This document shows, piece by piece, positions 25,218 through 34,123 of a DNA stretch of 43,574 nt. Source of the DNA: an uncultured Planctomycetia bacterium (lineage in GTDB: Bacteria > Omnitrophota > Gorgyraeia > 2-02-FULL-51-18); NCBI GenBank assembly GCA_964497635.1, contig CAZCDB010000004.1, positions 1 to 43,574 of the forward strand. The letters run 5' to 3'. The notes under the pieces were generated by a model. It saw only the letters and a list, made by a program, of their open reading frames with translations. It ran no database searches and was not told the DNA's origin. Both the position numbers and the translations under genes were made by a program. Each line of letters starts with the position of its first letter. The first letter of the stretch is position 1.

Positions 25218-27767
25218 CTAAAATACTTCGATCAGACGCCTGGCCTCGTCCATTCTTGATAAAGAAACGGGCAATGTATCCCCAATGCTCACATTAGATT
25301 GAGCTTTGTTTGTCCCTTCCGCTGATGACGAAACAAGAATTGCCTGAATAGAATTTTCATATTCCAATATAAATTGCCCCTGCCTATTTTGCCCGACAAC
25401 CTTCATGCTATAAGGTTGGCCATATTTAAAAAACTGGTGATTTGGAAATTTTTTTTCGAAGAACAACTTCCTGGATAAAACTACTCGCCTACGAGTTGCA
25501 TCCAAGTCTTTTATGACAAAACCATATCTACCATCAAGCGCCAGCAGGTCGCCTACCTTGGTCACAAAGAACAAATTCGTTAATTCACCTTTTGGAATCA
25601 CACACTCAAATTCGGCTGGCTTGCCATCTAATTTGATAATTGCCCCCCAATTTTCTACTTTGGATACATTGCCCGTAACAAACTCCCCAATCTTAAAATG
25701 TTCTTGAAACATCACCAAGGGGTTCGGCAGGGTGCGTTTTCTACTTGCCCATATCATGCTTCGGCTTGAATCCAGGTGTAACAAGCGCACACGGACTTCG
25801 CTGCCAGGTGGAGTCAAGCGCCGAAGATCGGGGACATAATTCCAATCTGCTTCTGATATCAAAACAACCCCAGAAATATTATCCTCAAATACTAAATTAA
25901 ACGCTCCCCGATTCACATTCGATACTTTGCCAACCACCTCGGCATTTTTATGTTTTTCATAAAACTGCTCCACAGGATTAGGAAGCGCTTCCTTTCGACT
26001 TAAAAAGATAGATTGGTTTTCTAAATCAATTTTTATAATTTTGACTTTAACCACCTGATCGATTTCAAATTTTAAATTATCAATTACCCCTTCCATCCAA
26101 TCCAAATTATTCTTAAAAATCACGCCCTCAACCCCCACCTCCAACTCACAATAAAGTCTTCTTTCTTGAATTCCGCAAACCCTTACGTCAACGATATCGC
26201 CCACGGTATATTTTGTTGCCACCAATTGCCATGGCTCAGGTCTATTTTTTATTACCATCTTTAAACTTTTATAGCGCGGGTCGAATCCAACGGAGCTCAC
26301 TTGAATATTTTGTCCAATAGAATATTGCGCTTTTAGATCCCTCGAGCGACTGTAACTGGCGTTACCGTATGATACAAAGCCCTTCATGCCATCATCTAAT
26401 CGCATGACCAGACCTGAATCAATAATCGATTCAATATGTGCAGAAATTGATGCATCCGAAGAATACTTTTTTTCGATTCTGTCAATCGGGTCAGTTTCAG
26501 TTCCCACATTTGAAAGGATGATATTTGACACATCCTGGCAGTCTAGAACCCGCAATCTCAACTCATCTTCATTATGAAAATACAGCTCGGGCTTTGGCAT
26601 AGTTGATTTACTTAGCTGATTAACTGGAATTTTAACGGTCATCCCACCTACGTCCACTTCAACGCCTGCGCTATTCACCCTCGTAATAAGTGCTTCGACT
26701 TGCTCGCCCTTATCCTTGGCCTGTTGAAGCGATTCCTTGGTTTCGTTCAGTAATCCCTCATAGTCCAATTTAAATAACGCAACTACGACAGGAATGTCTT
26801 TGGAGTAGTTCTTTTTGAAGAGAATTTCGTGGTAATTCTTATTTACATGCAACGCTTTCCTGATATCTTCCAATAACTCGGATTGCCAATCCCCACGTGC
26901 AAAAAAATAAAAAGTTTCAATTCCGTTTAAAGTTAAATATTTTATTCTTTGTAGATACGCAGTCATTCCAAACTCCTGGAATGTTTCACGCTTTGAAACA
27001 AGAATTATCCCGAGCTTGATATGTTTTTCAGCAAACTTTAGTTGGCTTTTTTCGTCTTTGCGTCTTACGGACAAACTATGCATAAACTTAAAAAATTTCT
27101 CGGATTCTTGCACGTGAACTTCGGTTGTCAGATTAGGGAAGATTGCTTGCCCAAAATCTTTATATTCTTTAAGCAGCACTGTCCCGAGATATCCAGCTTC
27201 GTCAATTTCATTTACCTGAAGGTAAAGCGTTCTCAACCCTTCTTTTGCATCTAAAGCTGGCTTAAGATAACTATCATCAAAATATCGAATACCTTCCTTT
27301 TCATTGTTTTTAAGTAGGGCCTGTCGAATAACGCTTAAATCTATTGCTTGGGAAATATTAGGACGCAGATACGGCTTAACTTCTCGGAGCAGTGCAAAAT
27401 TAACGTAACTAACGGTTGCCTTGACCAAGTTTTCTGTATTGTCCCTCGAAAACTTCATCCGAATTATTGGGGTCTTGTTGTCCAATAACGCCTTGATATT
27501 GTCTTCATCAGCAACTTCAACTTTTACACCAGGCAGTATCAGATCCTTGTAATCCTTGTTGATGAATTTTGTAAAAAGATTTAGACTGCCCTCAATTTTA
27601 TTTTTAACACTTGATTTTCTGAAATATTTTCCGCAACCGCCCAATAAGCCACATAAATCGCCCCAAATCTTTTTAATAGTGTCGTAATACTTGAAGCATG
27701 CCCAGATAGAAAGCGCCCAGACAGGGATAATAGTTAGGGTTAATCCATAACCCTTAAAAATAAACAT
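25218..27767 (-). CDS. Membrane-anchored protein: N-terminal TM helix, ~330-aa unassigned domain, then six tandem S1/OB-like repeats
   Basis: 849 aa. TM segment LTLTIIPVWALSIWACF. The repeats (residues ~354-849, nt 25221..26708) each have the shape G-x-V-x-G-x-V...G-x-x-V...G-x-x-G-x-I/V...V-x-V-x-I...R-x-x-LS-R-K. Examples are VGDIVDVRVCGIQERRLYCELEVGVEGVIFKNNL...VVKVKIIKIDLENQSIFLSRKE and IGEFVTGNVSKVENWGAIIKLDG. The gene is visibly more AT-rich than its neighbours. Confidence 0.75.
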   Translation of the reverse strand: MFIFKGYGLTLTIIPVWALSIWACFKYYDTIKKIWGDLCGLLGGCGKYFRKSSVKNKIEGSLNLFTKFINKDYKDLILPGVKVEVADEDNIKALLDNKTPIIRMKFSRDNTENLVKATVSYVNFALLREVKPYLRPNISQAIDLSVIRQALLKNNEKEGIRYFDDSYLKPALDAKEGLRTLYLQVNEIDEAGYLGTVLLKEYKDFGQAIFPNLTTEVHVQESEKFFKFMHSLSVRRKDEKSQLKFAEKHIKLGIILVSKRETFQEFGMTAYLQRIKYLTLNGIETFYFFARGDWQSELLEDIRKALHVNKNYHEILFKKNYSKDIPVVVALFKLDYEGLLNETKESLQQAKDKGEQVEALITRVNSAGVEVDVGGMTVKIPVNQLSKSTMPKPELYFHNEDELRLRVLDCQDVSNIILSNVGTETDPIDRIEKKYSSDASISAHIESIIDSGLVMRLDDGMKGFVSYGNASYSRSRDLKAQYSIGQNIQVSSVGFDPRYKSLKMVIKNRPEPWQLVATKYTVGDIVDVRVCGIQERRLYCELEVGVEGVIFKNNLDWMEGVIDNLKFEIDQVVKVKIIKIDLENQSIFLSRKEALPNPVEQFYEKHKNAEVVGKVSNVNRGAFNLVFEDNISGVVLISEADWNYVPDLRRLTPPGSEVRVRLLHLDSSRSMIWASRKRTLPNPLVMFQEHFKIGEFVTGNVSKVENWGAIIKLDGKPAEFECVIPKGELTNLFFVTKVGDLLALDGRYGFVIKDLDATRRRVVLSRKLFFEKKFPNHQFFKYGQPYSMKVVGQNRQGQFILEYENSIQAILVSSSAEGTNKAQSNVSIGDTLPVSLSRMDEARRLIEVF

Positions 27768-28009
27768 TAGACTGATCCTTCGGAGAACTTCTCATGACAA
27801 ATGGGATCGCTACAAACAAATTTATAACTTTTATCTTGCGCGGAGAAAATCGCCAGCAGATTGGAATCGTCGAGTATAGAAGAACAATAGACGCACTTAA
27901 GATCCCTTCCTAAAAACCGATCATAGACATCGATAGCTATTAGCGCCTTCTTCAGATCTTCGTCAAGCAGGGCCCCAATTATTCGTTTATCCATTCTTTC
28001 TCCACCCAT
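27767..28009 (-). CDS. Small Cys-rich (Zn-ribbon-like) protein coupled to the S1-repeat gene
   Basis: 80 aa (75 aa from the ATG at 27994). CVYC...CSDPICH. Its TAA shares one base with the ATG of the 849-aa gene (TAATG). Confidence 0.55.
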   Translation of the reverse strand: MGGERMDKRIIGALLDEDLKKALIAIDVYDRFLGRDLKCVYCSSILDDSNLLAIFSAQDKSYKFVCSDPICHEKFSEGSV

Positions 28010-28099
28010 GAGGTGTCGCCAACTGTATCCCAGTTGTATCCGAAGCCAAATTTTGACTTACAAATACCTTAACTTTACCTTTGATATCAATCACTTGCG

Positions 28100-28837
28100 T
28101 CATCTTACCCCCCAGATTTTGTGCATCTGAGGGATCACGCGCACATCAAAAAGCTCTTTTTTAGCTTCAGCGAAAAATTGGTTTTCGATGAGTTTGAGTG
28201 AAGTAGTATTAATTCCAAAGGGGTCGCTCAAGGGTTGAAAAATAAAAGGGAGCTTGGCGTTTACGTTTTTGACCAGACGGATGCATTCCTTAATTTCGCC
28301 CAAAGCGGTCGTGGGAGTCACCACAATTTTGACAAACACTTCTTTTTCAATCGCGATTCTTAAAAATTCTTCGTGCTCGCGCGTAAAGTCACGATCCCCT
28401 GTGCTCGACGACGGCTTCAGATCCATCGCGATGATGTCGCACCAGCGGATCACCTCTTTAAGCTGTCCTGGCAAAGTACCGTTGCTTTCAAGATAAGTCG
28501 TGATCCCCCTCTCCTTCAGTCTCGGCAGAAGATTGCAAAGAAAAGGGGTATAAAAAAAAGGTTCTCCCCCGGTCAGAGACACCGAGTGATGAGCGCCCTT
28601 TTCTTTTTCAAAATTGTCAACCTCCGCCAGCACCTGATCCAGCGAATACACCGAAAAGTTTTCAGCCTTCATTTTTTCCAGCTCATCGCAATACCCGCAG
28701 TGCATATTGCAACGCCCAAAGCGGACAAAAATCTGCTTCACTCCCAAGTACGGCCCTTCCCCCTGAATCGAGGAAAAAATCTCGGAAATCTCGGTCTCTG
28801 TCGCCCGATCCATAATTTTATTTTTCATAACTGGCAC
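28100..28837 (-). CDS. queE: 7-carboxy-7-deazaguanine synthase (radical SAM)
   Basis: SSIQGEGPYLGVKQIFVRFGRCNMHCGYCD (CxxxCxxC). The track start is a GTG, and an ATG lies at 28828. Confidence 0.85.
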   Translation of the reverse strand: MPVMKNKIMDRATETEISEIFSSIQGEGPYLGVKQIFVRFGRCNMHCGYCDELEKMKAENFSVYSLDQVLAEVDNFEKEKGAHHSVSLTGGEPFFYTPFLCNLLPRLKERGITTYLESNGTLPGQLKEVIRWCDIIAMDLKPSSSTGDRDFTREHEEFLRIAIEKEVFVKIVVTPTTALGEIKECIRLVKNVNAKLPFIFQPLSDPFGINTTSLKLIENQFFAEAKKELFDVRVIPQMHKIWGVR

Positions 28838-29192
28838 ACGCGTCCGGCGTCTCCCAAACGGTTACTTTTGAAATTCGGGCACTGGTCGACTTGACTCGAA
28901 GTCTTAGCTCCTCATAAATCAAGCGGGCAATATTTTCCGTGGAAGAGTTGACCCCCGTATTTTTAAATCGCGGATGTTCATTGAGCGAAGTCAGATGAAG
29001 AGTCGACAACACCTCTCGTAGAGCCGGTTTTACCATTTCAAAATCCATTACCACCCCCATCGAGTCCAGCGCCTGAGCCTCGGCTTTGACCGCGACTTTC
29101 CAGTTGTGTCCGTGACGATGCTCCCAGCTGCCATCATAAAGCTTCAAAGCGTGGGCCGCAGAAAACTCATCCTCGATCACTATTTCATACAT
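28818..29192 (-). CDS. queD: 6-carboxy-5,6,7,8-tetrahydropterin synthase
   Basis: 124 aa. FSAAHAL...HGHNWKV, the PTPS-family His triad pattern. Confidence 0.85.
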   Translation of the reverse strand: MYEIVIEDEFSAAHALKLYDGSWEHRHGHNWKVAVKAEAQALDSMGVVMDFEMVKPALREVLSTLHLTSLNEHPRFKNTGVNSSTENIARLIYEELRLRVKSTSARISKVTVWETPDACASYEK

Positions 29193-29209
29193 ACAGATTC
29201 CTCGACTCG

Positions 29210-30049
29210 CTACCGCTCGCTCGGAATGACACTAGTTTCAAAATAATCCCCCACCTTCGCCACCGACTGAATCGACTGACCCAAAAATCTCTCTCCCAAC
29301 GCACGAAACGGCTCCGGCTCATCCGAAACATAAAAACGAAGCTGGGTAGACTTTTTTTCGTCTGAACTCAAAAGCTTCATTTGCGCCAACAAACGTTTCG
29401 CCTCTCGCGAGGTTTCTTCCGCAGAGTTCACCAGACGTACGTGCTCACCCATGATTTTCCCAATCACGCCAGCAAGCAAAGGGTAGTGAGTGCAACCCAA
29501 AATCAGCGTATCAATATCGAAAGTCTTCAGCCCCTCCAGATAGGTACGTGCCACCTCCGAAATAATCTCACCCTCCACCCACCCCTCTTCCGCAAAAGGG
29601 ACAAAGAGAGGACAGGCTTCGCTATACACCTTAAGCTTCGGATCCAGTTTTTTTAGAGAAGCTTCGTAGGCCCCACTGCCAATCGTGGCTTTGGTTCCAA
29701 TCACCCCCACGCGTCCGTTACGGGTAGTCGCCAACGCCGCCCGCACGCCCGGCTCAATCACGCCAATAATCGGCATCGAAAAATTTTCCTTCATCGCCTC
29801 TAACCCAAGCGAAGAAGCCGTGTTGCAAGCCACGATCACAAGTTTCACGTCAAAATTTTTTAAAAAGCGGATATTGTCTAGTGAAAAACGTGTAATCGTC
29901 TCTTTAGATTTAGTTCCGTAAGGTACATGCGCCGTGTCTCCAAAATAAACCACATCCTCGGCAGGCAGATCACGCCGCACTTCCCTTAAGACTGTAAGTC
30001 CGCCGATCCCAGAGTCAAAAATGCCGATCGGTGAGCGCGCTTCCGTCAT
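29210..30049 (-). CDS. murI: Glutamate racemase
   Basis: IGIFDSGIGGLTVL, VIVACNTASS and LGCTHYPLL. Confidence 0.9.
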   Translation of the reverse strand: MTEARSPIGIFDSGIGGLTVLREVRRDLPAEDVVYFGDTAHVPYGTKSKETITRFSLDNIRFLKNFDVKLVIVACNTASSLGLEAMKENFSMPIIGVIEPGVRAALATTRNGRVGVIGTKATIGSGAYEASLKKLDPKLKVYSEACPLFVPFAEEGWVEGEIISEVARTYLEGLKTFDIDTLILGCTHYPLLAGVIGKIMGEHVRLVNSAEETSREAKRLLAQMKLLSSDEKKSTQLRFYVSDEPEPFRALGERFLGQSIQSVAKVGDYFETSVIPSER

Positions 30050-30798
30050 GATTGGACAAATCCTTTTGTTTTTTCGTACTGTTGTCTGTATTCCAAAATT
30101 CCGTTGGCAATCGCCTCGGCCAGCCGGCGCCGGTAATGAGGGCTTCTTAGCTTATTTTCATCCTGATGATTGGTCCCATAGCCCATCTCAATCAAGACTG
30201 CCGGACACTCTGTGTTTTTTAAAACATAAAAATTGGCGGACTTGATCCTCTGCCCTTCCACCAGAACTGAGCGACCCACGCGATCGCTGATCCAGCGAGC
30301 CAGAAGTGCGGATTCCGCACGATTCTTGGCTTCTTTGAGAAGCCAGAGAATTGTTTTTAGGTTGTTGTCCACAAACCTTTCAGGAACCCCGTGAAGTTCT
30401 TGGGGTGGGCCTTGCGTGCGCCCCGAAGTCTCCGAAAGAGTGTACACTTCAAATCCCTTCAGCTCTTGACTTGGAGAGGCATTGGCATGAATACTGACAA
30501 AAAGATCCGCCTTTTTTTTGTTGGCAATTTTTGAGCGATTGGGCAAAGGAATAAAAACATCCGTATCCCGCGTCATCACCACTCGAAGCCCCTTACTAAG
30601 AAGCTCTTTTTGGACTCGGGTGGCCACGTCCAAAGTCAGCTCTTTTTCAAGAAGACCGGAGGGATAGATTGCCCCTGAGTCTTTCCCACCATGACCGGCA
30701 TCAATGACAATCTGTCGGATCGCCAAAGAAGGTGGTGGCGCCTGCACCGGCATCGGCCGGCTTCCCAGCCAGAAACTTGTCAAAAGAATAAGCAGCAT
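30046..30798 (-). CDS. N-acetylmuramoyl-L-alanine amidase (Amidase_3)
   Basis: IVIDAGHGGKDSGA, FVSIHANA and LIEMGY. ATGA overlap with murI. Confidence 0.85.
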   Translation of the reverse strand: MLLILLTSFWLGSRPMPVQAPPPSLAIRQIVIDAGHGGKDSGAIYPSGLLEKELTLDVATRVQKELLSKGLRVVMTRDTDVFIPLPNRSKIANKKKADLFVSIHANASPSQELKGFEVYTLSETSGRTQGPPQELHGVPERFVDNNLKTILWLLKEAKNRAESALLARWISDRVGRSVLVEGQRIKSANFYVLKNTECPAVLIEMGYGTNHQDENKLRSPHYRRRLAEAIANGILEYRQQYEKTKGFVQS

Positions 30799-30852
30799 TG
30801 TGTTTTCCTATTTACTTTCTCCGTATTTTGCCCTAAGAAATCAGGGTTGTCA

Positions 30853-30860
30853 TGTATAAT
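30853..30860 (+). promoter_or_regulatory. Extended -10 element (TGTATAAT) upstream of the helicase gene; possible leaderless start at ATG 30868
   Basis: TGTATAAT ends 7 nt before the ATG at 30868-30870. There is no convincing -35 element or RBS. Confidence 0.3.
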
Positions 30861-32841
30861 GTTGCCCATGCGTTACGACCCTTTTCAACAACAAGCCATG
30901 GCCGCCATCGACGCCGAAAAATCGGTGCTCGTTTCCGCGCCCACAGGCTCGGGCAAGACCGTCATCGCCGAGTACGCCATCGACAAAGCGCTTTCCCGGA
31001 ACGAACGCGTCATCTACACCGCCCCCATCAAAGCCCTCTCCAATCAAAAATACCGCGACTTTTCTTTGCGCTACTCCGACCAAGTGGGCCTTTTGACCGG
31101 CGACGTTTCCTTAAACCCCGACGCCCCCATTGTCATCATGACCACTGAGATTTATCGCAATCAGCTTTTTGAAAACGCAGCACGCCTTAAAAACACTTCT
31201 TGGGTCATCTTTGATGAAGTGCATTATCTGGACGACCCTGAACGGGGCACGGTCTGGGAGGAAGCGATTATGTTCACACCAGAATCAGTACGCCTTGTCG
31301 CACTCTCAGCCACTGCTCCCAACATTGAAGAGTTGGCCGCATGGATTCGAAGTATTCTCAACCACGAGATCGCGGTGATTATCGAGACACACCGCCCCGT
31401 CCCCCTGGTCAACTTTTTCCAATGTCAGGGAGCTATTTTTGCGGATACCCACTCACTCAAGAAACACGGCTACCTGGACCGGGAAACTTGGCCCTCCGAC
31501 TTTGGACGCGGAAATCGTTTTGATCATCGCAAACGCTTCCAGCGGGGCTCTTACCACAAGCTTTTGCGCGCCAAACCCAGCCGAGCAGATGATCTCACCC
31601 GCCATCTCGAATATAAAAAGCAGCTCCCCTGCCTTTATTTTGGCTTTGGCCGAAAACGCGTGGAAGAGCTGGCCTGGGACCACGAGAAATTTGATTTTTT
31701 AAATCCCTCCGAGAAAATAGAAATTGAAAAACGTTTTGATGAGCTCTGTGTCAAATTTGACCTGACTCAAGAGTCCAGCGCCATCGATATGAAGCGCCTG
31801 ATTCTACGCGGCGTTGCCTTTCATCACGCCGGCCTTCTGCCCACACTCAAAGAAGTGGTCGAGCAGCTCTTTACCTCCAAACTCATCAAGCTTATTTTTA
31901 CGACGGAGACTTTTGCCATCGGGATCAACATGCCTGCCAAAACAGTCGTGTTTGATGAAATGAAAAAGTTTTACGGCACGCATTTTGGATTTTTAAGAAC
32001 ACGGGATTATTTCCAGATGGCGGGTCGAGCCGGGCGCCGCGGCATGGACGCGGAAGGTTATGTTTATTGCCGAGTCAACCCTCATCAGATCCCCCTCTCT
32101 TCCCTGTTAAAAATTGTTTACGGCAAGCCCGAGCCCATTGAAAGCCAGCTCAACTCCTGCTACGCGACTCTTTTAAACCTCTACGCCGAGTTTGGTTCAA
32201 AGCTGATGGAGATCTACCCGCGCTCGTTTCATTATTTTCAGTCCAATCGCAAAGACCGCCTCAAAGGCGCCGCGCTGATCGAAAGAAAGCTTGCCCTCCT
32301 AAAAGAACTAGGCCACTTGGGGGATGAAAAGTTAACAGCCAAGGGAGAATTTGCCTCTTGGATGTACGGGTATGAACTGCTTCTATCGGAAATGCTGGAG
32401 GATGGCTCTCTGGAAACTTTGGATGAGGTCAAGCTATCGGTTCTTTTATGCGCGCTTGTTTTTGAGCCCCGCAAAAATCAGGAACCCAAAAAACTTCCGC
32501 CCCATCTGGAGGTCGTGGAAAAGCGAGCGTTTAAAAGCCTTCGTGTGGTTCACGCCAAAGAAATCGCGCAAAAAGTCTATCCGCAGACCAAGCTCCCCTA
32601 TTTTAATCTATCCAAAGCGCTGGAAGCCTGGATGGCCGGATGCAAGTTTCAAGACCTTCTGGAGCTAACGGATGTGGATGAGGGGGAAATCATCCGCTAT
32701 TTTCGGATGGTGATCCAGCTTCTGCGCCAGCTAAAACAAGCGCCTCAAGTCAGCGATCGTCTTCGGCAAGTCGCCAAAACCGCGCAAGCCAAAATCAACC
32801 GAGACCTCGTCGACGCCGAAAAACAACTCAGAAATATGTAA
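30859..32841 (+). CDS. Ski2/HelY-like superfamily-2 DEAD/DEAH-box helicase
   Basis: SAPTGSGKT, IFDEVHYLDD, LSAT, FHHAGL and QMAGRAGRRG. The track start at 30691 would overlap the divergent amidase gene by >100 nt, so the start is more likely ATG 30859 or 30868. Confidence 0.85.
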   Translation: MLPMRYDPFQQQAMAAIDAEKSVLVSAPTGSGKTVIAEYAIDKALSRNERVIYTAPIKALSNQKYRDFSLRYSDQVGLLTGDVSLNPDAPIVIMTTEIYRNQLFENAARLKNTSWVIFDEVHYLDDPERGTVWEEAIMFTPESVRLVALSATAPNIEELAAWIRSILNHEIAVIIETHRPVPLVNFFQCQGAIFADTHSLKKHGYLDRETWPSDFGRGNRFDHRKRFQRGSYHKLLRAKPSRADDLTRHLEYKKQLPCLYFGFGRKRVEELAWDHEKFDFLNPSEKIEIEKRFDELCVKFDLTQESSAIDMKRLILRGVAFHHAGLLPTLKEVVEQLFTSKLIKLIFTTETFAIGINMPAKTVVFDEMKKFYGTHFGFLRTRDYFQMAGRAGRRGMDAEGYVYCRVNPHQIPLSSLLKIVYGKPEPIESQLNSCYATLLNLYAEFGSKLMEIYPRSFHYFQSNRKDRLKGAALIERKLALLKELGHLGDEKLTAKGEFASWMYGYELLLSEMLEDGSLETLDEVKLSVLLCALVFEPRKNQEPKKLPPHLEVVEKRAFKSLRVVHAKEIAQKVYPQTKLPYFNLSKALEAWMAGCKFQDLLELTDVDEGEIIRYFRMVIQLLRQLKQAPQVSDRLRQVAKTAQAKINRDLVDAEKQLRNM

Positions 32842-32895
32842 ATCAGCGCCATTCCGAGCGACCTCGCCGGATGGCGGGGAAGTCGAGGAATCTGA

Positions 32896-33204
32896 CTATT
32901 TTACTAGCTTTTGTAATTCCCCACTTTCGTACAGCTCGTGCACGATATCACAGCCCCCCACTAGCTTCCCATCGACAAACACCTGGGGAAACGTCGGCCA
33001 CTGAGAATATTCCGGAAGCATCATCCGAATATCCGGATTGGAAAGAATATCGACCGATTCAAAAGGGACATTCATCCGCCCAAAAAGATCCATCACTCTT
33101 TTTGAAAATCCACACATCGGCGCTCCGGGAGCACCCTTCACAAACATCACCACTTTGGAGGAGTGAATTGCTTTTTCTATTTTCTCTATCGTTGGATTGG
33201 ACAT
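32896..33204 (-). CDS. grxD: Monothiol (CGFS) glutaredoxin, Grx4 family
   Basis: VVMFVKGAPGAPMCGFS...WPTFPQVFVDGKLVGGCD. The ATG at 33204 has AAGGAAAAG upstream. The track ORF extends to 33240. Confidence 0.85.
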   Translation of the reverse strand: MSNPTIEKIEKAIHSSKVVMFVKGAPGAPMCGFSKRVMDLFGRMNVPFESVDILSNPDIRMMLPEYSQWPTFPQVFVDGKLVGGCDIVHELYESGELQKLVK

Positions 33205-33283
33205 ACTTTTCCTTTCTTTTGAAAGCTTATTTAAAACCACATTCTACTCCAAAACAGATGCTTTTGATATACTATCGCTACCG

Positions 33284-34123
33284 ATGAAAACAGCGCACAC
33301 CAAGATAACTTTTTTATTTATTCTTCTGTTAGCCCCCGCAGCCCTAGCTACGGAAAACACAGATCCTTTTGCCCGTCGCTTGGGCCGAAGTCTAGAAGTC
33401 AATCAATCCCTGCGCAACCAGTATCAGTCGGAATACATCCAAGCAAAAACAGAGCTGCAGATCCACTCAACCCCCGCCTTGCTCCGAAAAATAAAAGACA
33501 TTGAAGATAAAATCAAGGTGCTTGAAAATGACTCGGAAGCACTCCAGTCCTTCCTGCCTCCAGGCCGACAAGCTCAAGGCTTTCTGGTCGACATGATCAC
33601 ACAAAAAACCAATGCGGAGAGGCTAAAACAGTCCGAAAAAGCGGTCGATTTACTTCGAGAAACAAGCCAGCGCCAAAACTCTCGGATTGGCACCGCTCAT
33701 GCCGAGCCCATTTACCGCCTCCACGAGCGGGCTCTTGCCCTTGTCGCCGACAAGGAATTTGACCGAGCACTTTCAATTTATGAGGACATTGTCCTAAGAA
33801 ACCCGGAAGATGATGAGGCTTACATCATTATGGGGCACACCTACCTTTTGACGGGCCGTTACGAGAAAGCAGAGAGGGCTTTTCACAATGCGGCCAGCAT
33901 TGACCCCGCCAACATCCAAGAAATCACCCCTTTTTATGAGAACTTGGCTCTGCAAAATCCAAACGATGACAAAGCATTTGCGGATTTGGGTTATGCTTAT
34001 CTGATCATCGGAGATTTTCTCAAAGCGCAGTCTGCCTTCAAAGAATCTTTGGCAATCAATCCTGCCAACCCTTCGGCGCAAGCCGGCGCCTTTCATACTC
34101 AGCGTTTAATGAAAAACGTCTAA
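33284..34123 (+). CDS. Secreted TPR-repeat protein
   Basis: The internal ATG gives signal peptide [22 protein letters not shown]|T. The C-terminal half has TPR-like units ([60 protein letters not shown]). Confidence 0.7.
   Translation: MKTAHTKITFLFILLLAPAALATENTDPFARRLGRSLEVNQSLRNQYQSEYIQAKTELQIHSTPALLRKIKDIEDKIKVLENDSEALQSFLPPGRQAQGFLVDMITQKTNAERLKQSEKAVDLLRETSQRQNSRIGTAHAEPIYRLHERALALVADKEFDRALSIYEDIVLRNPEDDEAYIIMGHTYLLTGRYEKAERAFHNAASIDPANIQEITPFYENLALQNPNDDKAFADLGYAYLIIGDFLKAQSAFKESLAINPANPSAQAGAFHTQRLMKNV

Noticed and set aside
28373-28894. A 173-aa plus-strand ORF antisense to queE.
   Set aside because: It is an Arg/His-rich shadow ORF opposite a gene with clear radical-SAM motifs.
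29193-29209. A preQ1 riboswitch upstream of queD.
   Set aside because: Only 17 nt separate the murI stop from the queD ATG, so there is no room for an aptamer. queDE appear to be co-transcribed with ami-murI.
30691-30858. The long N-terminal extension of the helicase ORF (track start 30691).
   Set aside because: It would overlap the divergent amidase gene by more than 100 nt. It encodes an Arg/Cys-rich non-helicase sequence, and the conserved helicase core begins right after the ATG at 30859 or 30868.
32842-32895. A possible bidirectional terminator between the helicase and grxD (imperfect inverted repeat cgacctcgcc..ggcggggaagtcg).
   Set aside because: The stem is interrupted by several mismatches and there is no clear T-run on either strand, so I cannot support it by eye.
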